Source: a virus (taxonomy: Duplodnaviria > Caudoviricetes). Taken from it: 40,920 bases of DNA. The stretch lies in the IMG/VR virus record IMGVR_UViG_3300049208_000013, positions 1 to 40,920 of that record; one strand, 5' to 3'. Position 1 is the stretch's first letter; every line of letters begins with the position of its first letter. The position numbers and the translations under genes were made by a program. Shown here one piece after another: positions 36,351-40,920 of the stretch. The notes under the pieces were generated by a model. That model was given only the letters and a program-made list of their open reading frames with translations, did no database searches and was not told the origin of the DNA.

Positions 36351-36845
36351 ATGACAAGATCAGAATATCAAACACTCATAAATACGTTGATGGACAATCA
36401 GCCAAATACCGCTGCAACTGTTCGTGGTATATTTGAAGCGTTGGCAGACGGCGCAACGTTTACCAATGAGCTTAAGTTACTAGACACCACAAATCTTTAT
36501 ATTACTGATAATTTCGATGGTTCCGGATTAGGCATTAACGAAATGTTAGGCTATGCGATTTGCAATGGCCAAAACGGCACCAGAGATTGGGGCGGTAGAG
36601 TTCCGTTGGCTTATGATGATTCATTATATCCAACACTCGGTGCTATTGGGGGTAGTAAAGACGCAGTTGTAGTTTCGCATACTCACACGGCAAACGGATT
36701 TGGAGCTTCTGGCAGTGGTTTAAATGGATTGGCCGATAATAACTTTTTTTATGGACAAATTTCAGAAACTACTTCAGCGGGAGAATCAGGAACTAACAAA
36801 AACTTACAGCCTTACAGAGTTGTGTTGTATGTAATGAAATTATAA
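36351..36845 (+). CDS. Tail collar/baseplate-wedge-like protein
   Basis: GYAICNGQNGT.D..GR, GG, HTH and NLQPY motifs. Confidence 0.75.
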   Translation: MTRSEYQTLINTLMDNQPNTAATVRGIFEALADGATFTNELKLLDTTNLYITDNFDGSGLGINEMLGYAICNGQNGTRDWGGRVPLAYDDSLYPTLGAIGGSKDAVVVSHTHTANGFGASGSGLNGLADNNFFYGQISETTSAGESGTNKNLQPYRVVLYVMKL

Positions 36846-36848
36846 GAA

Positions 36849-37646
36849 ATGGCAAATTCACTATTAATAACAAAACTTTCCGATGATTCATTCTCTTTTA
36901 TAGTTAATGGTGACGCTGTCAATGTAATTATAAATCTACGCAATGATATGCTTAGTTTTGGCACTGAATGCCATTTCAAGACTAGCGAAGGAGCAAATCT
37001 AATAAAGCTTCAACAGGTTCAGTATAATGAAGTTACAATTGTTGATGGTGCGACATTGCCAGTTGCCACAAGTCCTTTAGATTTGCGTATTAAATTGCGC
37101 TCTGTTGGTTTTTGGGATTGGATGACTTCTGGAAGTGGCACCGGAGTTGACAGATTTGACGCCCTTTTAGATACTTTTGGTTATTTTGGCAACAATGGTA
37201 AAGTGCCAATGGTAGACGAAAGTCAATTAAAATTGATTCCTTTTTCGTTGCCAAATGTAGATTATTTAGACTTATTCCCTAATCCATTATCCGCTAATAA
37301 AGGAATAAAAGTAAATTCAGGAGCAACCGCTTACGAGTTTTACGATATTGTAAACTTAGTCACGCAATTTATTAGATCAGGATTTACAGCAACATCACCG
37401 AGCGAAGATGTAGTTTATCAGGCATTAGCTTTAAAGGCGAACATAGCTGATTTGCCAGGTGCATTACCTAAGATGCAAATAACAGCAACAGCAGGACAAA
37501 CGGTATTTCCATTAGGAACAACGGCAATTGTAAAGGCTGTTTTCTGGAACGGCGCATTACTAAATGATTTAGATTGGTCACAAACAGGATCAAACATAAC
37601 AACAACATTTGGATTCGCATTAGGCGACATTTTTAAACCAATATAA
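36849..37646 (+). CDS. Tail fibre-related protein
   Basis: C-terminal ATAGQTVF...VFWNG...GD domain typical of fibre proteins; ALALKAN coiled segment. Confidence 0.6.
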   Translation: MANSLLITKLSDDSFSFIVNGDAVNVIINLRNDMLSFGTECHFKTSEGANLIKLQQVQYNEVTIVDGATLPVATSPLDLRIKLRSVGFWDWMTSGSGTGVDRFDALLDTFGYFGNNGKVPMVDESQLKLIPFSLPNVDYLDLFPNPLSANKGIKVNSGATAYEFYDIVNLVTQFIRSGFTATSPSEDVVYQALALKANIADLPGALPKMQITATAGQTVFPLGTTAIVKAVFWNGALLNDLDWSQTGSNITTTFGFALGDIFKPI

Positions 37647-37647
37647 C

Positions 37648-39249
37648 ATGAAAAAAATACTTTTTTTATTACTCGTTACAATATCGAGTTCTGCTCAAAC
37701 TTATCAAAATCCAACTTTTGGAACAGTTACAGAAAAAACAAACGCTGAAGATAATTCAGCGACAAAAGTTAAAGTACAGGACTCTAACGGAAAATCTGGG
37801 TGGGTTAATAAGTCTGTTTTTGCTACATCGGAAGACAACCCTTTTAAAAGTGCCTCATCTATTATATATCCCTCCGATCTTGTATATTATCATGGGGATT
37901 CCCAAAACTTAGCAAGGGAAGCGATAATATATGTAAACAGCCCTGTTACTTTACCTAATGCGGGTAATCATACTTTTGGTGATTATACAACCATAACACA
38001 GTTGGCGGGGGGTACTGGCGCATCGGCTTATGCTTCTTTCGATTCAAAAGCTGTTATGAACGGGACTGATACATTCGGTCATTTGATATCTTTTCAAGCG
38101 AGGAATAATTATAATGGCTCGGGCAACATGTCGTATATGTCCGGGAATGAAAACACTATAGATCATACAGGTACTGGTATAATTTCAGAAGCCTACGCTT
38201 TCCATGCAAAAACAAAAACGGGGACGGGTCCAATCACAGATTTATATGGTTTAAAAATAGACAATCAGACAGGAGGCACTAATAATTACGCTTTAAGAAC
38301 TGGATCGGGTAAGGTGGTATTTGGTGATGAAGTGAATACAAATGGTGTGCTTCTAATTAATAATAAATCCGAGCTTATAAGCGCACAAGCAAAAACAGTT
38401 GCTACGGCTAATCAATATTCGTTTTTTGGAAAAACTAATGAGGTTAGCAATTATGCTTCTCTGTCTCTTTCTCAGTTTGGCGGTGCAACACAAGCAGTAA
38501 GGCAATGGAGATATCAAACTATAGAACAGGGAATAGCAAACGAAGGAGCTATCACGTATCAGGCTAGTGGTGGACGTGTTTTATTCGGATCTAATACGGA
38601 TAACGGCACGGATAAAGTCCAAATTACAGGGAATGCCTCCGGTAGCTTAGCTGCTTCAAATAGCAACCACTTTACTAGAAAAGGGGAGGTAGACTCAGTA
38701 GATGCTTTAAAAGCTAATTTAGCAGGCAGTAATTCTTTTACTGGTCAAAACACATTTACAAATACTACTGGCAGTGGACTACTTGTAAACAACGGGTCTA
38801 CTACATACGGACAAAGAATAGTAAACACCGGGGGGAGTTCATTAGGGCTAAACTTGGAATCCAATACAGGAGCTACCGGAGATTTAGCGGTATTCACAAA
38901 AAACGGTGTCACTACAGCTAAATTAGATCAAAACGGTAATTATATAAAAACAGGAGGTACTGCGGATCAGGCTTTAACCGCAGCAGGAGGCGTAATGACA
39001 ATATTAACAGGTTCAGCTTCTTTAGATTTTCCGTCTACAGCAGCAAACTCCGAAGCAAATTTAACCATGACCGTTACGGGAGCCGTAATAGGAGATGTAA
39101 TAGCTATTGGAAGCCCTGCTCCAGCTACATTTACAACATACTTTGCTTTTGTAAGCGCGACAGACACTGTCACTGTTAGATTTAGAAACTCAACTGTATC
39201 GGCTATGGATCCGGTTGCAGCTACTTTTAAAGTCAAAATTTTTAAATAA
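37648..39249 (+). CDS. Tail-fibre/receptor-binding-like protein with N-terminal signal peptide
   Basis: G/T/N/S-rich beta protein, ALKANLAGSNSFTG fibre motif; MKKILFLLLVTISSSA-Q N-terminus. Confidence 0.65.
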   Translation: MKKILFLLLVTISSSAQTYQNPTFGTVTEKTNAEDNSATKVKVQDSNGKSGWVNKSVFATSEDNPFKSASSIIYPSDLVYYHGDSQNLAREAIIYVNSPVTLPNAGNHTFGDYTTITQLAGGTGASAYASFDSKAVMNGTDTFGHLISFQARNNYNGSGNMSYMSGNENTIDHTGTGIISEAYAFHAKTKTGTGPITDLYGLKIDNQTGGTNNYALRTGSGKVVFGDEVNTNGVLLINNKSELISAQAKTVATANQYSFFGKTNEVSNYASLSLSQFGGATQAVRQWRYQTIEQGIANEGAITYQASGGRVLFGSNTDNGTDKVQITGNASGSLAASNSNHFTRKGEVDSVDALKANLAGSNSFTGQNTFTNTTGSGLLVNNGSTTYGQRIVNTGGSSLGLNLESNTGATGDLAVFTKNGVTTAKLDQNGNYIKTGGTADQALTAAGGVMTILTGSASLDFPSTAANSEANLTMTVTGAVIGDVIAIGSPAPATFTTYFAFVSATDTVTVRFRNSTVSAMDPVAATFKVKIFK

Positions 39250-39255
39250 TTATAT

Positions 39256-39876
39256 ATGTTACAATTAGGTTTAGCGGCTAATAATCGCGCAGAATTAAGA
39301 GGATATCCGGGAGTTACTGCGGATGTTCCAATTTTAATAGGCGGTTCGGCTTCGGCTCCAATGACTGCGGAAGTATGGGTGTGGGATCCTTTATCTATGG
39401 TTGCAGATGATGGAATAACCACATTATTAGTTACTGTTCAGTCAGCATCAACCCCTGGTAGATTTGTACGTTTAAGCGTTTGTGGCAGTGCGTCAAAAAC
39501 ATTTAATAATAGTCCGGGTAGATCCATTGTTACAGGAACAGGATCAACAGGTTTTCAACCTTCCGCATTAAGTGATTCAAACGTAAATTATAGCATATCA
39601 ATTAACACTTCTGTCAGTTTAAGCGGTAATTCCAGTGGTTATGTAGTATTAGAAATATGTCCTACAAACTCAGCCACACCTTCTGCATGGATTGAAATAG
39701 GCAGGGTTTCAAGTGGACAAAGCGGAACGTTAGTAGTTGGGCTAGTTTTAAACCAAGTTGGAGGAGGTCAAATAGGAGGTGTGGTTCCTGCGGGTTATTA
39801 TGCTAAAATTAGAACTGTTAACGTATCTGGTACGCCTACATACGTAATTAATTCTCAACAAGAAGTTTTATTATAA
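39256..39876 (+). CDS. Tail fibre-associated beta protein
   Basis: G/S/T-rich; VPAGYY motif; position. Confidence 0.55.
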   Translation: MLQLGLAANNRAELRGYPGVTADVPILIGGSASAPMTAEVWVWDPLSMVADDGITTLLVTVQSASTPGRFVRLSVCGSASKTFNNSPGRSIVTGTGSTGFQPSALSDSNVNYSISINTSVSLSGNSSGYVVLEICPTNSATPSAWIEIGRVSSGQSGTLVVGLVLNQVGGGQIGGVVPAGYYAKIRTVNVSGTPTYVINSQQEVLL

Positions 39877-39895
39877 ATTAAAGATAAAAACAATT

Positions 39896-40312
39896 ATGGA
39901 AAATAACTTAATTCTATTTTTAATCGGATTTTTAGGCGTATTCGTTCATTGTCTTTTTAAGGCAAAATCATTAATTACTGATGCGCAAAAAGCAAATGTA
40001 AAATTTACCGTAAAAGACTATATTGAAAAAGATTGGTTTGGTATTTCTATATCTTTAACAATGGTTGTTATATGGTTTTTAATATTTCCTGAAATAGCTA
40101 GTGTAAGACCTAATATTGTAGGTTTTGTTCGAATTAGTTTTGGTGCAATGGGATTGTTCGGATCGTACATTATTCAATCTGTTTTTAGCCGTGGAAAATC
40201 ATACATTAGAAATGTAATTGATAAGAAAACAGACATTGCTGATAATGTAGTAATGGATGCGCCGGACATAGGAGGTGGAGGTGTTAAAAACGATCCGCCA
40301 CCAAAACCATAA
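39896..40312 (+). CDS. Three-TM membrane protein, holin candidate, with Gly/Pro-rich tail
   Basis: Three hydrophobic segments; ends DAPDIGGGGVKNDPPPKP. Confidence 0.6.
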   Translation: MENNLILFLIGFLGVFVHCLFKAKSLITDAQKANVKFTVKDYIEKDWFGISISLTMVVIWFLIFPEIASVRPNIVGFVRISFGAMGLFGSYIIQSVFSRGKSYIRNVIDKKTDIADNVVMDAPDIGGGGVKNDPPPKP

Positions 40313-40314
40313 AT

Positions 40315-40686
40315 ATGAAGTATATAAAACATATATTATCAGAAACAATTTTCTTGCTACCTTATTTATTAATGGCAGTAAGTTTTTTGTCTGTTATTTA
40401 CGATTGGTTTGGTTGGAATTTTGATAAAAACTTTTGGTGCAATTTAGGAGGATATTCTTTATTTACCAATTTGTTGTTTGTTTATGTATTGACATTCAAC
40501 AAGAACTACTGCTATACCACAAGAATGTTGCCTATTTCAATGTGTTTTATTTCAGTTTACAATATGATTGCTTCATTCTTTCCTGAACGTTATGCGGAGT
40601 ACGAAAAATATTATGAGGTAATTATTTTATCACTAACTTTGCTAGTAGGATTAATTTTATGCATTAACAAAAGGATAAACAGATGA
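40315..40686 (+). CDS. Four-TM membrane protein in the lysis region
   Basis: About four hydrophobic segments. Confidence 0.7.
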   Translation: MKYIKHILSETIFLLPYLLMAVSFLSVIYDWFGWNFDKNFWCNLGGYSLFTNLLFVYVLTFNKNYCYTTRMLPISMCFISVYNMIASFFPERYAEYEKYYEVIILSLTLLVGLILCINKRINR

Positions 40687-40920
40687 TTTTTATACAGGCT
40701 CAAGCACAGGCGGAATTAGCGCATAACTTTATTGATCTTACTACAGGATGTATTATTGTAATTACCGCTTTATCTGGAGTCGTAATTTTTTTGTATAAAA
40801 AACATGAAGATTTATATAAGCGACTTGAAGCAAAAAACGAATTATTTATAAATGAACTAAGAAGCTCAAACGAACAATTAACAAATGTTTGCAACTCTTA
40901 CAATCAGTTTGTTAATAAAA
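40683..40920 (+). CDS. 5' part of single-TM coiled-coil (holin/antiholin-like) protein, 92 aa across the junction
   Basis: ATGA overlap; MIFIQAQ...GCIIVITALSGVVIFLYKK; continues to TAA at 166-168. Confidence 0.8.
   Translation, partial: MIFIQAQAQAELAHNFIDLTTGCIIVITALSGVVIFLYKKHEDLYKRLEAKNELFINELRSSNEQLTNVCNSYNQFVNK
40794..40920. repeat. Terminal direct repeat copy 2 (assembly overlap)
   Basis: Identical to 1-127. Confidence 0.95.

Larger units (their letters stand above)
1..40920 (+). mobile_element. Complete circularly permuted siphovirus-like phage genome, probable Flavobacteriaceae host
   Basis: Full set of packaging, head, tail, lysis and replication modules; end overlap; repeated TAnnTTTG promoter motifs; no host housekeeping flanks. 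Confidence 0.93.

Noticed and set aside
12028-37912. Nested + strand ORFs 12028-12213, 20226-20483 and 37718-37912
   Set aside because: They are out-of-frame ORFs inside conserved genes, with no start context or motifs.
35514-39876. Diversity-generating retroelement or invertible tail-fibre cassette
   Set aside because: No reverse transcriptase, invertase or TR/VR-like repeat pair was seen.
6070-40894. All minus-strand ORFs in the track (e.g. 10368-10709, 24310-24570, 38967-39422, 40700-40894)
   Set aside because: They are antisense shadows of well-supported + strand genes and carry no recognisable motifs.
40794-40920. 127-bp end repeat as a biological terminal repeat
   Set aside because: The length equals a common assembler k-mer and it falls in the middle of an ORF, so it indicates circularity rather than physical ends.
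1-40920. Stop-codon reassignment
   Set aside because: Core genes are full length in the standard code, and TAA, TAG and TGA all end genes at sensible boundaries.

Overview
The window is an apparently complete, circularly permuted dsDNA tailed phage genome of about 40.8 kb. Bases 1-127 are repeated exactly at 40794-40920, which looks like an assembly overlap and gives a unit length of 40,793 bp. It is AT-rich and essentially all credible genes lie on the + strand. Bacteroidota-type TAnnTTTG promoters and A-rich start regions without Shine-Dalgarno sequences point to a Flavobacterium-like host. Gene order: lysis genes (spanning the ends), early small genes, recombination (Sak/Rad52-like, YqaJ-like exonuclease, SSB), replication (RNase H, initiator, AAA ATPase, RusA), C5 methyltransferase, terminase, portal, protease, HK97-type capsid, siphovirus-like tail with tape measure, and tail fibres. 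No integrase was recognised. The most unusual signals are: (i) a putative ~150-nt three-hairpin sRNA (about 1609-1760) whose single-stranded linkers each read as the antisense of a Bacteroidota start-codon region; (ii) three promoter-proximal terminator leaders in front of the replication, head and moron modules, two with 8-9 nt complementarity to the terminator loop; (iii) a moron ORF resembling the tape-measure C-terminal motifs; (iv) a tail-fibre-like protein with a Sec signal peptide; (v) an expanded, membrane-protein-rich lysis region. All family calls come from motif recognition by eye, not from database searches.
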